Shown: positions 19,928-30,245, counted from the whole stretch's first letter. The stretch: 62,657 nucleotides of DNA, filler included, from Actinomycetota bacterium (GCA_046725875.1; 5 parts of 5 records of this genome joined end to end with filler, not necessarily neighbours in it), one strand, 5' to 3'. Numbers and translations: made by a program. The notes: generated from the sequence alone by a model not told the origin.

Positions 19928-21586
19928 CTACTCATAGGTCGCCTCCACCCACCAGCGGTCGGTGAAGACGAGCAACCACGCACCAGAATCGGTCGCAACC
20001 TGGAGGCGAGCGCCTCGCCAGGCCGCCCCCAGATCCCACCAGCGTTCGTCCACCGGCCACGGCCCGGCCCATCCCTGCACGGCGTCGGACGGGCCGGCGT
20101 CGATGGTGAGGGTGACCGGTGGCGCGGACATACCGGCACGTTCGTCGACCGTCACTGCTGTGCCGCCCGAGTCGAGCAGAATGGCCGGCGTACGCTCCCG
20201 CGGGACGACCGCGGGCGACGGCGACGGCAGCCGCCCTGGCCACGGCCGATCGGCCGGCCGGTTTGGCGACCGCTCGTCCCCCCACGGGATCAGTTGGATG
20301 GCATCGCCAGGACCTCGCCCGCCCGCGACGACCGGAACGAGCACCCCGTCCTCGCCGAGCAGGCTGTGCACCCGATTGATCGCACGGCGAGCCCGCTCGT
20401 CATCCTCCCCCGGACCACCCCACAACCCAGTGGGGAACTTTCCGGCCGGGAAGGCCTCCACAGGTTCCAGCCGCAGAACAGTGATGCCGTGCGGTCGCTC
20501 GTAGCCGTCATCATCTTGAGGCAACCCTCGAAGCCAGCTCTCGATCTGCCACCGGGCCCGGTCGGCCAGGTCGTGTGCCGTCATCGCGCTGTCGTGTCGC
20601 CACCGCCGGGAGAGCCACTCCCCGTCATGGTCTTGTACGGAGATGTCGACGCTGCTGCACGCTAGCCCACGGGCAGCTAGGTCGGCCGCAAGTTCCTCGG
20701 CGGCCGCCTTCGCATGGAAGGCGGCGGTATCCACTCTGTTGACCGGCGGATCGAGCTCCCGCCGTACCGTCAGATCGGTCGGTGGCCGCCGGGCGGCGAC
20801 CGGCCGGTCGTCCGCACCACTGGCGAGCCGGTGAACGAGCGCCCCGTCCGGACCGAAGCGCGCGAGCACCTCGCGGGCCGGCAACGCCGCGAAAGCCCCG
20901 AGAGTACGAATTCCCAACCGGCGCAGCAGGTCGGTCAATTCAGGACGGTCGAGGGCGTCCACGGGGAAGGAGGCGAGGAACTCTGCGGTCCGGCTCGATG
21001 GGATGACCGTGTTTTCACCGGGGGGACGACCCCCCTGGAACCCCCCGCGGTTTTCACCGGGGGGACGACCCCCCTGGAACCCCCCGCGGTTTTCACCGGG
21101 GGGACGACCCCCCTGAAGTCCACCGTGGCTGTACCGCGCAGCGAGTGTGGCGGCGAAGACACCGTCGGCAACCCCGGCGTAGCACTCGATCCCCAATGCC
21201 AGCACCGTTCCGGCGAGCCGAGCTGCGGCGGCCTCCTCTCCCCCGAAATACCGGGCCGGTCCGGTAGCCCGTACAGCACACAACCCTGGGCGGACCACCT
21301 CGACGCCCGGCGCGAGCGCCTCGACTGTGGCAACCACCGGCTCATACGCCCGGACCTCGGCAATGAGATCGCGCGGCAGGGTGACCAAACCAGGGCAGCG
21401 CGCTTGTGCCTCCCGCTTGCGCTGCCCGCGGCGCACCCCCTCGAACCGGGCCGACGCCGAGCAGGCGACCACCCGGTTGGCGGTCAGGACGGCCACCGAC
21501 GTGGTGGCCAGATCGACATCGGGAACCTGCCCGGCGGCGGACACCACCGGCCAATCCACACACCACAAGACGAGAACCCGCATCAC
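19928..21586 (-). CDS. imuB: ImuB, Y-family polymerase-like mutasome subunit, with in-frame repeat insertion
   Basis: VVACSASAR..GVRRGQRKREAQARCP, LRRLGIRTLG, GPWPVDERWW; between imuA and dnaE2. Confidence 0.92.
   Translation of the reverse strand: MMRVLVLWCVDWPVVSAAGQVPDVDLATTSVAVLTANRVVACSASARFEGVRRGQRKREAQARCPGLVTLPRDLIAEVRAYEPVVATVEALAPGVEVVRPGLCAVRATGPARYFGGEEAAAARLAGTVLALGIECYAGVADGVFAATLAARYSHGGLQGGRPPGENRGGFQGGRPPGENRGGFQGGRPPGENTVIPSSRTAEFLASFPVDALDRPELTDLLRRLGIRTLGAFAALPAREVLARFGPDGALVHRLASGADDRPVAARRPPTDLTVRRELDPPVNRVDTAAFHAKAAAEELAADLAARGLACSSVDISVQDHDGEWLSRRWRHDSAMTAHDLADRARWQIESWLRGLPQDDDGYERPHGITVLRLEPVEAFPAGKFPTGLWGGPGEDDERARRAINRVHSLLGEDGVLVPVVAGGRGPGDAIQLIPWGDERSPNRPADRPWPGRLPSPSPAVVPRERTPAILLDSGGTAVTVDERAGMSAPPVTLTIDAGPSDAVQGWAGPWPVDERWWDLGAAWRGARLQVATDSGAWLLVFTDRWWVEATYE
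21011..21127. repeat. Three tandem 39-bp palindromic units inside imuB
   Basis: GTTTTCACCGGGGGGACGACCCCCCTGGAACCCCCCGCG at 21011 and 21050 (identical), degenerate third copy at 21089; encodes (GGFQGGRPPGENR)n. Confidence 0.95.
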
Positions 21587-22374
21587 ACTGCCCGAAGCGT
21601 CGCCGCTGGCAACGTGGTCGACGGCTGGTCTGGCTCGCTGGGAGGCAGCACGTCAGATGAATCCCCGACGCCCGGCTCTGCAGCCCCCGTCTCGCTGGCC
21701 GGGCCGGGCAACCAGATTGTGTGCTCCCGTTCCACCGCCGCGACTCCACGGCCATGTACGCGAACAGTGAGCAAACGCGCCCGCAGCCGTCCCCACCCGG
21801 CTCCAAGGCCGTACCACCGCTGTCCGACCGGGGTCAGCCGCAGCTCAGCGCCCTCCCAGTCAGACAAGCTGAGCAGGGCGGCGCCACGTTGCCTCGCCCT
21901 GGCGGTCAGCCGGCGAGCGGTCGCACCTCCCACCCGCCCGGGCGGGCGAACCAAGATCACGTCGATGGCGTCGGCGAGCGCGGCGACCACGGTCGCCCAG
22001 TCGTCACCCGGCTGCGGGACGAGCACCAGCCGGTCCAGATCCGCCCCCAGCTCGGCAGCGGCGGCCACACCGGCCTCAGGAACCCCGACCACCGCCGCCC
22101 ACCGGCCGGCCGCCGACGCTCCGGCCAATACAGCGAAAGCCAGTGACAGCGGCCCCTCCACCACCAGAGCCGACCCTCGGCGTAGGCCGTTGGGAAGCAG
22201 CCCGCGCAGCTCGTCCAGCACTGGGAGGGTGCGGTCGCTCCCCGTGGTGGATTCGAGGGTCCTCAAAAGCTCGGGCGAGCTAACCCGAGATGCTTCCGCG
22301 CTCCCCACGGTCATCTCGGCGCGTTCTTGCAAGTCAAGGCTGGTGCGCAGAGCATGGACCTGGGCAGTGGTCAT
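21583..22374 (-). CDS. imuA: ImuA-like (RecA-fold) mutasome protein
   Basis: LPVLDELRGLLPNGLRRGS, WAAVVG, GADLDRLVLVP, RRLTARARQRGAALL, GLGAGWGRL; overlaps imuB start. Confidence 0.88.
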   Translation of the reverse strand: MTTAQVHALRTSLDLQERAEMTVGSAEASRVSSPELLRTLESTTGSDRTLPVLDELRGLLPNGLRRGSALVVEGPLSLAFAVLAGASAAGRWAAVVGVPEAGVAAAAELGADLDRLVLVPQPGDDWATVVAALADAIDVILVRPPGRVGGATARRLTARARQRGAALLSLSDWEGAELRLTPVGQRWYGLGAGWGRLRARLLTVRVHGRGVAAVEREHTIWLPGPASETGAAEPGVGDSSDVLPPSEPDQPSTTLPAATLRAV

Positions 22375-22383
22375 ACTCCATAA

Positions 22384-22399
22384 TCGAACATTTATTCGA
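22384..22399. promoter_or_regulatory. LexA (SOS) box upstream of imuA-imuB-dnaE2
   Basis: TCGAACATTTATTCGA, one mismatch to the actinobacterial TCGAAC-N4-GTTCGA consensus, about 10 bp from the imuA ATG. Confidence 0.85.
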
Positions 22400-22479
22400 A
22401 CATCGCAAACCCGCCGCCGCCGGCGGCCCTTGCCTCAGCGCCACCGCCTTTCGCTGCCATCTGGTTCTAGTGTTGATCT

Positions 22480-23493
22480 GTGGCCGCGACGGAAATGGAT
22501 GCCTGGGTCGTCCGCAAGCCCGGTCCGATGGCAACCGGTCCGCTGGTCCGGATACGGCGGCCGGTTCCTCGGCTCGGACCGAGTGAGCTGCTGGTTGCCG
22601 TACAAGCCTGCGGTGTGTGCCGGACGGACCTGCACCTCGCCGAGGGCGATCTGCCGCCGCGCCGGCCGGAGACCACGCCCGGGCACGAGGTCGTCGGGGA
22701 GGTCATAGAGACCGGTCCAGAGGTAAGACGGTTCCGCGTCGGCGACCGGGTGGGGATCGCTTGGTTGCGCAGCACCGATGGGACATGCGACTACTGCCGA
22801 CGTGGCGACGAAAACCTCTGTCCGAACTCCACCTACACCGGATGGGATGCCAATGGTGGATACGCGGAGTTCACGACCGTACCGGCCGATTATGCGTACG
22901 CGCTTCCGGCAGGCCCGCCGAGCTATGAGCTCGCGCCGCTGCTATGTGCAGGCATCGTCGGCTATCGCGCACTGCGCCGGGCGAACCTTCGACCCGAGGG
23001 TCGGCTCGGCATTTACGGCTTCGGTGCGTCTGCCCATCTCATCGCACAGGTTGCAATCGCCCAGGGCGCGAGGGTGCATGTGCTGACACGCTCCCCCGCA
23101 GCCCGCCAGTTGGCTCTCGACCTGGGCGCCGCCTCCGTCGATGACGCCTACGCAGCACCACCAGAGCCGCTGGACTCGGCCATCGTCTTCGCACCGGTGG
23201 GCGATATCGTCCCGATCGCCCTGTCAGCGCTGGATCGCGGCGGGACGGTGGCTATTGCAGGGATCCACATGACCGACATACCGACGCTGGACTACGAGAA
23301 GCACCTGTTCTACGAGCGATCATTGCGCAGCGTCACCGCGAATACGCGAAGGGATGGCCAGGAGTTCCTCGCGCTGGCCGCCCGGATCCCGCTGCGGATA
23401 GCGGTGACCCGCTACCCGATGTCAGCGGCCGACGAGGCGCTCGCCGACCTCGCGGCGGACCGGATCACCGGCGTCGCTGTCCTCGTTGTGTAG
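22480..23493 (+). CDS. Zinc-binding alcohol dehydrogenase family protein
   Basis: [48 protein letters not shown]; start may be ATG 22495. Confidence 0.92.
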   Translation: MAATEMDAWVVRKPGPMATGPLVRIRRPVPRLGPSELLVAVQACGVCRTDLHLAEGDLPPRRPETTPGHEVVGEVIETGPEVRRFRVGDRVGIAWLRSTDGTCDYCRRGDENLCPNSTYTGWDANGGYAEFTTVPADYAYALPAGPPSYELAPLLCAGIVGYRALRRANLRPEGRLGIYGFGASAHLIAQVAIAQGARVHVLTRSPAARQLALDLGAASVDDAYAAPPEPLDSAIVFAPVGDIVPIALSALDRGGTVAIAGIHMTDIPTLDYEKHLFYERSLRSVTANTRRDGQEFLALAARIPLRIAVTRYPMSAADEALADLAADRITGVAVLVV

Positions 23494-23532
23494 TCCTCAC
23501 CACTATGGGAGTCGTCGTATTGACGTCGAGTT

Positions 23533-24438
23533 CTAGGGTGTGGGCGGCGGCGAGGTCGGCGTCGACGTCGGCTTCTTCGTCTGGCCCGGCGGAGTCGGAG
23601 GCTTGTTGCCCTTCGTCGTCGCGGCCGTCGGCGAGGCCGAGGGCGAACCTTCCCGGGTCACGCCTGGCGAACTCCCAGGCGCCGCGCTCTCACCCGTCGT
23701 CCACCCCGCAGCCGTGGGGCTGGTGGGTCCCGTGGTCGGACCGGATGACACCGCGGAGTCGGTGCTGTCGGAGGTCGGGTCCTCGATCACGTCCCCGGGC
23801 GACGAGATCGAGGAAGGCACATCGCCGCCCGGAGCCGGCGCGTTGCTCGGGGATCCTGGGCTGAGCGGTGATGCGACGACCCCGAGCGCTGCAAGTACGA
23901 GATAGGCGACCACACCGGTGGCGGCGAAGAGAGCCCCATGCTTCACTAACCGGGCGACGCGCGGATTATCGGCATCGGCGGTGCGCTTGCGTCGCCTTGA
24001 CCGGTCCGCTACCTGCTCGGCTCTGCTGGGTTGCTTGCCGTGGTCGCGAGCCCGACTCCCGGCCAACGGTGGAACGGGTGGCATTTCCACCGTGTCGTAA
24101 CCGCCGTCGGGTCCGGAGACCGGTCTATGCAGGCCGCCGGCTTTCATAGGCGGACCAGGGACCGGCTTGGTCACCTCACGCCGGGCCTGGTTGGGGACTG
24201 GCCGGCCGTTCGGCTGGTCCGGTGCCCGGTGCAGGCCATACGCCGTTCGCGGCGGCGGCAACGGCTCGCCTCCGTTGGTTTCGGGCCACCTCCCGTTAGG
24301 TGTCCCGGCCGGTCCTCTGCGCTCGAGGTATGGACGGCCGCGAACCGGATGGGGACTGCTCCGAGCGTCGGCTTCCCGACGCGCCGGCCCCCGGTCGGCG
24401 CGGCCCTCCTCGCTTGGCTCGCGGGATCTGGCATCCAC
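23533..24438 (-). CDS. Pro/Thr-rich single-pass membrane hypothetical protein
   Basis: One hydrophobic segment (GALFAATGVVAYLVLAALGVVA) followed by a low-complexity P/S/T tail. Confidence 0.5.
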   Translation of the reverse strand: MDARSREPSEEGRADRGPARREADARSSPHPVRGRPYLERRGPAGTPNGRWPETNGGEPLPPPRTAYGLHRAPDQPNGRPVPNQARREVTKPVPGPPMKAGGLHRPVSGPDGGYDTVEMPPVPPLAGSRARDHGKQPSRAEQVADRSRRRKRTADADNPRVARLVKHGALFAATGVVAYLVLAALGVVASPLSPGSPSNAPAPGGDVPSSISSPGDVIEDPTSDSTDSAVSSGPTTGPTSPTAAGWTTGESAAPGSSPGVTREGSPSASPTAATTKGNKPPTPPGQTKKPTSTPTSPPPTP

Positions 24439-24586
24439 AACCGCCGCACTCTACCGGTGTTGCCGCGCCGATGGGCGAATCTCGCGCAATGCATCGCCCG
24501 GCAAGGCTCGTACTTCGTAGTCGAGGGTGGGGCCGACCCCGAACCCGGAGAGAAGGCTCGTCGCGCGCGGGGGACCCTGGCGGCTC

Positions 24587-25291
24587 CTAGGAGGCGGCGG
24601 GGGCGCAGACACGCTTCATCTCACCCAGGTGCCGCATCACTTGCTCGGTCTGCTCATGCGTGAGCGGTGGCGGCAGCGGGCTCTCGTCCTCGCTGCCGAA
24701 GGCCTCGAGCATCAGCCGCACCAGCCGCCGCCACACATTGGGAGCGGCATCCTTCGTTGCGACCACTACCCCGGCGTTAGCGAGAAGCAGCAGCGACAAG
24801 TCCTCGGCCACGAAGTCCGAGCGGAGCTTGCCGGTCCCCTGGGCCCGCAAGACCAGCTGGGCGAAGGCGGCCGCCGTCCTGGCCCGAAGCGCAGCGACCC
24901 GGTCGGCGGTTGGCAGCGCGGTGGTCATCAGGTCGGTCAACCCGCGGTCGGCGGCCTGAGTGGCGCACACCCATTCGACGAAGCCGCAGAAGCCCTCCCA
25001 TGCGTCCGAGTGCTGGCATGCCTGCTCGGCGGCCTCGGCGACCTCGGCAAGCCGTGCAGTGAAGGCCGCGGCAACTAGGTCCTCGCGGGTTGGGAACCGG
25101 CGATACAGCGTGGCAATCCCAACACCGGCCCGGTCAGCGATCTCCTCGAGCGGCGCGTTCAGTCCACGCTCGGCGAACACGGCGTGGGCAGCCTCGAGGA
25201 TGCGCAGCCGGTTCCGCTCTGCGTCGGCACGCAAGACGCGCGCCCCGGGGATCTCTTGCCCTTGGGCGGTTGCCCTCGCGGCCGTCACCAT
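24587..25291 (-). CDS. TetR/AcrR family transcriptional regulator
   Basis: RADAERNRLRILEAA..IADRAGVGIATLYRRFPTREDL HTH. Confidence 0.92.
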   Translation of the reverse strand: MVTAARATAQGQEIPGARVLRADAERNRLRILEAAHAVFAERGLNAPLEEIADRAGVGIATLYRRFPTREDLVAAAFTARLAEVAEAAEQACQHSDAWEGFCGFVEWVCATQAADRGLTDLMTTALPTADRVAALRARTAAAFAQLVLRAQGTGKLRSDFVAEDLSLLLLANAGVVVATKDAAPNVWRRLVRLMLEAFGSEDESPLPPPLTHEQTEQVMRHLGEMKRVCAPAAS

Positions 25292-26214
25292 GGCCGCAGC
25301 TTAACTCCGATTCGCTGGATTTGGCCCCAAATGTGCCGGTTCTTCGAGGCGATCGGTCCAACCGTCGCACTGTAGTCATCCGTGCCGTCGCCCGATCGCT
25401 CCGTCGCCCGCCTCCAAGGAAGGTGCGATCGAAGCCGCGTCAGGAATCGTCGAGGTCGGCGACCGGCAAGTCCGCGCAATCTGGCGACCGGCTTCCAGCG
25501 TGCGACCAACACCCCCGGCACGATCAGGACCATGCCAACGATGCCGTCGATCCAGTAATGGTTGGCAGTTGCGACGACGACTGCAAGCGTCGCGGCCGGA
25601 TGGACCAGTACGAGCCAGCGCCACGGTGTGCGCATGACCCTGATCACGCCAATGGCGACCAGCACAGCCCAGCCGACGTGCAGCGACGGCATCGCGGCGA
25701 ACTGGTTCGTCACCGAGTCGGCGCTTGCGTTCGAGTACACCGACGGACCGAAGATTTTGCCGGTATCGACGAAGCCCAGGGTCGACATCATCCGCGGTGG
25801 CGCAAGCGGATAGGCAATGTGGATCGCGAGGGCGATCCCGGTCATTACCGCGAGGACCGTCCTGAACGACCGATAGGCGCCACGATCCCGCCACCACAAC
25901 CAGAGCAGGAACACAAGGGTCGCCGGGAAGTGCACGCTCGCGTAGTAGATGTTGGCGACTGACACCAGGTCAGGCCAGCGCAGCGCCTGCCGCTGGAAGG
26001 TCAGCTCGCTCGGGAGGCCCAGCGCGCGCTCGAAGGTCCAAACATGCCAGGCGTTGGCGATCGCCTCGCGCACCTCGTCGATCGTCAACATCCGGCCGAG
26101 CTTGTAGACGGCGAACAGCGTACCGATCAGCGCCAACTCGCACACGAAATCGACCAGCCGGCGGCGCCTGCTTGCGGGCCGCAGCACCTCACCCGGGGCT
26201 GCGCTTGCGCTCAT
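25285..26214 (-). CDS. PAP2-superfamily membrane phosphatase/phosphotransferase (IPC-synthase-like)
   Basis: YPLAPPRM, NQFAAMPSLHVGWA, TANHYWIDG; several TM segments. Confidence 0.85.
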   Translation of the reverse strand: MSASAAPGEVLRPASRRRRLVDFVCELALIGTLFAVYKLGRMLTIDEVREAIANAWHVWTFERALGLPSELTFQRQALRWPDLVSVANIYYASVHFPATLVFLLWLWWRDRGAYRSFRTVLAVMTGIALAIHIAYPLAPPRMMSTLGFVDTGKIFGPSVYSNASADSVTNQFAAMPSLHVGWAVLVAIGVIRVMRTPWRWLVLVHPAATLAVVVATANHYWIDGIVGMVLIVPGVLVARWKPVARLRGLAGRRPRRFLTRLRSHLPWRRATERSGDGTDDYSATVGPIASKNRHIWGQIQRIGVKLRPW

Positions 26215-26506
26215 GATCCGCCCGGTTGGCGGGCACCGGGGGTGACGCGAGCAGACATGTTCGTAGCCTAGCCCACAACCGGAGTCTCGCCTCCAGATAG
26301 ACCCCGTGTTGCATCCAAAGAGCCTGCGGACCCGGGGTGATCCCAGGAGTGGCCGGCGGAGGGCGTCGGTACTACGCCGCGTGGTTTGAGATCGCCACGT
26401 GCTTGCCCAAATGTCCTTGATCCGGATGCGCTACCGTGCCGTGCCACAGCGCGCCCACTTTCAGGTTTGTAGCCACTGGACGGTCACCGGTTGCCGGAGG
26501 GGTGAG

Positions 26507-28201
26507 ATGACCGTAGAGCGTCCGCAGGATTTGACGCCCGGAGAGCTTGGCTTCGAACGCCAGGGGCCCGTTCCGTGGCTGTCACCGCCGCTCCTAGCCG
26601 CCACCGGCATTCGAGTGGTGCTGGCCGAGCTGTTCGGCGCGTACCTGGACAAGCGTGAGCTGCAGGCGGTGTTGGCGGGGACGGAGTACCGCTACGACAC
26701 CGACGAGGAGCTGTGGATCGACTATGTGGCGGACACCGGCGATGGGTTCGACGCAACCTATACGATCGCGTACCTGGTGGCCCGGCCCATGCTCACGGTG
26801 GAGCGGCCGGACGGCAGTACTCTCGAGCTCCCGCGCGGCCGCGTGCTCGTACTCGGCGGAGACCAGGTTTATCCCGTTCCGTCCGCGAAGGAGTACGAGA
26901 ACCGGTGGAAGGGGCCGTACCGCGCCGCCCTGCCTGCGGGTGGAAACACCGGTCCGACGATCTTCGCTTTACCTGGCAATCACGACTGGTACGACGGACT
27001 CACCGCGTTCCTGCGAATCTTCGGTCAGGCTGACCCGATTGGCGGATGGCGCACGCAGCAGGCCCGAAGCTATTTCGCCCTGGCGCTGCCGCGCGGCTGG
27101 TGGCTATTCGCGATCGATGCGCAGTTCGACGCGTATCTCGACGAGCCGCAGCTGCGGTATTTCCGGTCTGCCGCGGACCGTTTGCGGCCGGGTGACCGGA
27201 TCATCCTTTGCTCGGCACGACCGACCTGGTTGATCGCGAACTGGGTGCCGGACGCCTATGACACGATGGACTACTTCATCCGCAACGTCATCGAGCCGAC
27301 CAAGGCACGGGTGCAGGTCATGCTCGCCGGAGACGCGCACCACTATGCGCGCTACAGCCGGCGGGACGATCACCTCATCACCTGCGGCGGGGGCGGCGCT
27401 TACCTCATGGGCACGGCGCACCTGCCACACCGGATTGCTGTCCCGCCGATCGCTACGATCACCAAAGGGGCGAGTCCGCCGACGTCCTATGGTCTCGCCG
27501 CGGCCTACCCGACAGAAGGTCAATCGCGGCGCCTCGGCTGGGGCGCCTTCAAGCGCCTGCCGCAGCGCAACCCGGGCTTCGTGGCCCTACTCGGCCTGTT
27601 GCAGACCTTCCTCATGCTCGCGCTCCATACCTCGCACGGGCACTGGCTGAACCTCCCGATCGCGGTAATGGCGGTGCTGGTCGTCGCCGGCACAGTCACC
27701 TTCGCCATGCCACAGCCGCTGAGTCACGGCTCCCTACGGCACTGGGTCGCCGGGCTCCTGCACGCGCCGCCGCACTTCGCGCTCGGACTTGCCGGCAGCT
27801 GGGTGTGGTCCCAGCTACCGCTCTTGGATGTCTCGCGGCCCTGGAACGTGGTGCTGGCGTTTCTGGTGGACGCCCCGATCATCGGTTTGCTCGACACGTG
27901 GGTCCTGTGCGTGTATCTCAACGTCGCAAGCCGTTTCGATGTCAACGTGAACGAGCTCTTCGCCGGACAGGGCATCGAGGGCTATAAATCGTTTCTCAGA
28001 ATGCACATCGACCGCGACGGGGCATTAACGATCTATCCGCTCGCCGTCCGTAGCATCTCTCGGCGGTGGCGGGCCAACCCGCTCGGCGAACGAGGCTCGC
28101 CCTGGGTTGTCCCGACCGACCCGGTCAAGGTGACCCTTGCGGAACTCCCGATCGACATCACCGCGCAGGTCGCTTCGCCGCACGCTACATCGAACGGATG
28201 A
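26507..28201 (+). CDS. Calcineurin-like metallophosphoesterase with C-terminal membrane segments
   Basis: DYVADTGDG, GGDQVYP, GNHDWYDG, GDAHHY; ATG 26507 after GGAGG. Confidence 0.85.
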   Translation: MTVERPQDLTPGELGFERQGPVPWLSPPLLAATGIRVVLAELFGAYLDKRELQAVLAGTEYRYDTDEELWIDYVADTGDGFDATYTIAYLVARPMLTVERPDGSTLELPRGRVLVLGGDQVYPVPSAKEYENRWKGPYRAALPAGGNTGPTIFALPGNHDWYDGLTAFLRIFGQADPIGGWRTQQARSYFALALPRGWWLFAIDAQFDAYLDEPQLRYFRSAADRLRPGDRIILCSARPTWLIANWVPDAYDTMDYFIRNVIEPTKARVQVMLAGDAHHYARYSRRDDHLITCGGGGAYLMGTAHLPHRIAVPPIATITKGASPPTSYGLAAAYPTEGQSRRLGWGAFKRLPQRNPGFVALLGLLQTFLMLALHTSHGHWLNLPIAVMAVLVVAGTVTFAMPQPLSHGSLRHWVAGLLHAPPHFALGLAGSWVWSQLPLLDVSRPWNVVLAFLVDAPIIGLLDTWVLCVYLNVASRFDVNVNELFAGQGIEGYKSFLRMHIDRDGALTIYPLAVRSISRRWRANPLGERGSPWVVPTDPVKVTLAELPIDITAQVASPHATSNG

Positions 28202-28468
28202 CACACGTTCGTGGAGCCTCCCCGTCCTAGGGCGACGCTACGGTCTACACCCCCAGGGGTAGCTCAAGGTACCAGCCGGCCCCGAAACGCGCTCTCACGC
28301 CCCGCCAGCCTTCCGAGGGGCGTTCCCGCTGCCGCTGGCCCAGCAGGAACGCCCGCCGCGGATCCCCGCGGTCGGGAGAGGGATTTGCCGCCCGCCGCGG
28401 ACTCCGAGCCGCTACGGTTCCCGCTCATGGAATTTAGTCCGGAGCCCGCACAGTTCGGAGGATAGATC

Positions 28469-28535
28469 ATGTTCGCTCTCGCCGCTGCCGTCGTCGCCCT
28501 GCTCGCCATCCTCGACGTCGCCACCAAAGCTGAGC
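28469..28535 (+). CDS. Start of a small membrane protein, truncated by contig end
   Basis: GGAGG RBS then MFALAAAVVALLAILDVATKAE. Confidence 0.45.
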
Positions 28536-28635
28536 NNNNNNNNNNNNNNNNNNNNNNNNNNNNNNNNNNNNNNNNNNNNTTAATTAATTAANNNNNNNNN
28601 NNNNNNNNNNNNNNNNNNNNNNNNNNNNNNNNNNN
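28536..28635. other. Artificial contig linker
   Basis: N44-TTAATTAATTAA-N44, stops in all six frames. Confidence 0.98.
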
Positions 28636-28942
28636 AACGTGGCTGGCTGGCTCCAAACCCCCGCCAAGCTCCCGCCCGACGGTGGCAAAGGGTGACGTCA
28701 CCCCGGCCTGCACCGCGTGACGCGGACCTCGCTCCGATCCTGGGCCGGCCGAATGCGCCCTCGAGCCATCGCTGAAGACCACCTGCCAACGCGTCCCGCG
28801 CACGATGCGTCGCCCGCGATCGGGACGAATCGGACCTTATGGCTTTCTCGACGTCGAGGCAGGTGTGTCCGCGGGCTCAGCGCGACCCGAGGCATCGACG
28901 ATCCTGGTGCCCGTCCCTGCTGACTCTGGCTAAGGTCGAGCG

Positions 28943-29488
28943 GTGACCGATCAGCCTGTGGAGATCGTCGAGTACGATCCGGTATGGCAGGCGCGTTTCT
29001 ACGAGCAACAGGCTCGGCTTTCGGCCTTGCTCCGACCGTGGCTTGCCGCGCCGGTTGAGCACATCGGCTCCACCGCCGTCAAAGGCCTGGCCGCCAAGCC
29101 TGTGGTGGACGTCCTGGCGCCGGTTCGGAATCTCGATGCGTCCGCCGCGGCAGTGCCGCTGCTTGGAGCCGAGGGCTGGTGGTTCTGGCCGGACGATCCA
29201 TATAGGTCCTACCGTCTTTGGTTCCTACGCCCCCGCCCTGAAGCTCGTACGCACCATCTTCATCTGATCGGGCACGAGGACCCACACGCTAGGGCGCTGA
29301 TTGCCTTCCGCAACGCGTTGCGTTCCGATCCGACACTTCGTCGGCAATACGCAGCCCTGAAGATGCGGCTCTCCCACGAGCATCGAGAGAATCGCAACGC
29401 CTACACGAATGCGAAGGCCGAGTTCGTCCAGCAGGTTCTCAGAGCAGTGGGAGTCACGCCGCTGCAACGTGATCCGCTGCCGGAGTAG
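28943..29488 (+). CDS. GrpB family nucleotidyltransferase-fold protein
   Basis: VEYDPVW, EHIGSTAVKGLAAKPVVD, HHLH, FRNALR..YAALK, YTNAK. Confidence 0.9.
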   Translation: MTDQPVEIVEYDPVWQARFYEQQARLSALLRPWLAAPVEHIGSTAVKGLAAKPVVDVLAPVRNLDASAAAVPLLGAEGWWFWPDDPYRSYRLWFLRPRPEARTHHLHLIGHEDPHARALIAFRNALRSDPTLRRQYAALKMRLSHEHRENRNAYTNAKAEFVQQVLRAVGVTPLQRDPLPE

Positions 29489-29559
29489 GAAGTGTGCCGG
29501 GCAAACCCGCCCCCGGCGGGGAGAGGCTGGGCGAGCCATTGTATGGAGTCAAGATCGCG

Positions 29560-30160
29560 GGATAGCAGCCCGGCGGTCAGCTCGGCGATCTTATCGGCGC
29601 CACGGTTCGCGAGGATGGCGCCCCAGAGGGCGATACCGACGGCGACACCGACCTGGAGGAACGTGTCGTTGATTGCCGCGGCCATCCCGCTCTGCTTCTT
29701 CGGGACGACACTCACGGCGACGTCCGCGATCACCGGTTGAGCAGACCGACCCCGGCACCGGCGACGAGGAATCCGCCCAGCAGGGTGCTCCACTCGGAGT
29801 CCGTTTCGATCCCCGACATCAGCAGCAGGCCGACTCCCGCCATGCCGAGGCCGGCGGCCATCATCACGCGCGCCGGCAAGGTCGGGCCCGGCGCCAGCGC
29901 GCAGAGCAGCGAAGCGATCGAGAAGATCGCCAGACCGACGCCGAAGAGTTTCGCCGTCCGAGGCGGTCAGCGAGCGAGCCGGCTGTCAATACCAGTGCTG
30001 CGAGGGGTGAGTGCGTGTGCGTCGACCAGCCACTGAAGGTCAGTGAAGCTTGCGCCAAGATCCTTCCGGATCGACGGCAGCGCCACATTCACCACGGTGA
30101 TATCGAGCAGGAGCATGAACGTCGCCACCGAGACGGCGAGCAAGGTCCACCACTTGCGTT
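29560..30160 (-). pseudogene. DHA2/EmrB-type MFS transporter remnant
   Basis: KWWTLLAVSVATFMLLLDITVVNVALPSI..GSLADRLGRR joined across frameshifts and a large internal deletion to GFLVAGAGVGLLN..SGMAAAINDTFLQVG. Confidence 0.8.
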
Positions 30161-30180
30161 AGACGAGAAGTCGATCTCCT

Positions 30181-30243
30181 TGTCACATCGGCAGGGTTTG
30201 GTCGGTCTACTGCTAAGACAGGGCCTGATGAAGGAATGTGACG
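30181..30243. promoter_or_regulatory. Two face-to-face ECF41-type promoter motifs
   Basis: Plus: TGTCACA-N16-GGTC (30181-30207); minus: CGTCACA-N16-TGTC (30243-30217); ECF41 consensus TGTCACA-N16-CGTC. Confidence 0.55.
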
Positions 30244-30245
30244 TG

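Noticed and set aside
21011..21127. 39-bp repeats as a CRISPR array
   Set aside because: Head-to-tail units with no unique spacers, inside a CDS, no cas genes
21006..21127. ACCGTG on both sides of the imuB repeat as a target-site duplication
   Set aside because: The copies are 116 bp apart, so precise removal would break the frame
16409..22399. imuA-imuB-dnaE2 cassette as a novel system
   Set aside because: Well-characterised LexA-regulated mutasome; only the repeat insertion is unusual. No intein motifs seen in dnaE2
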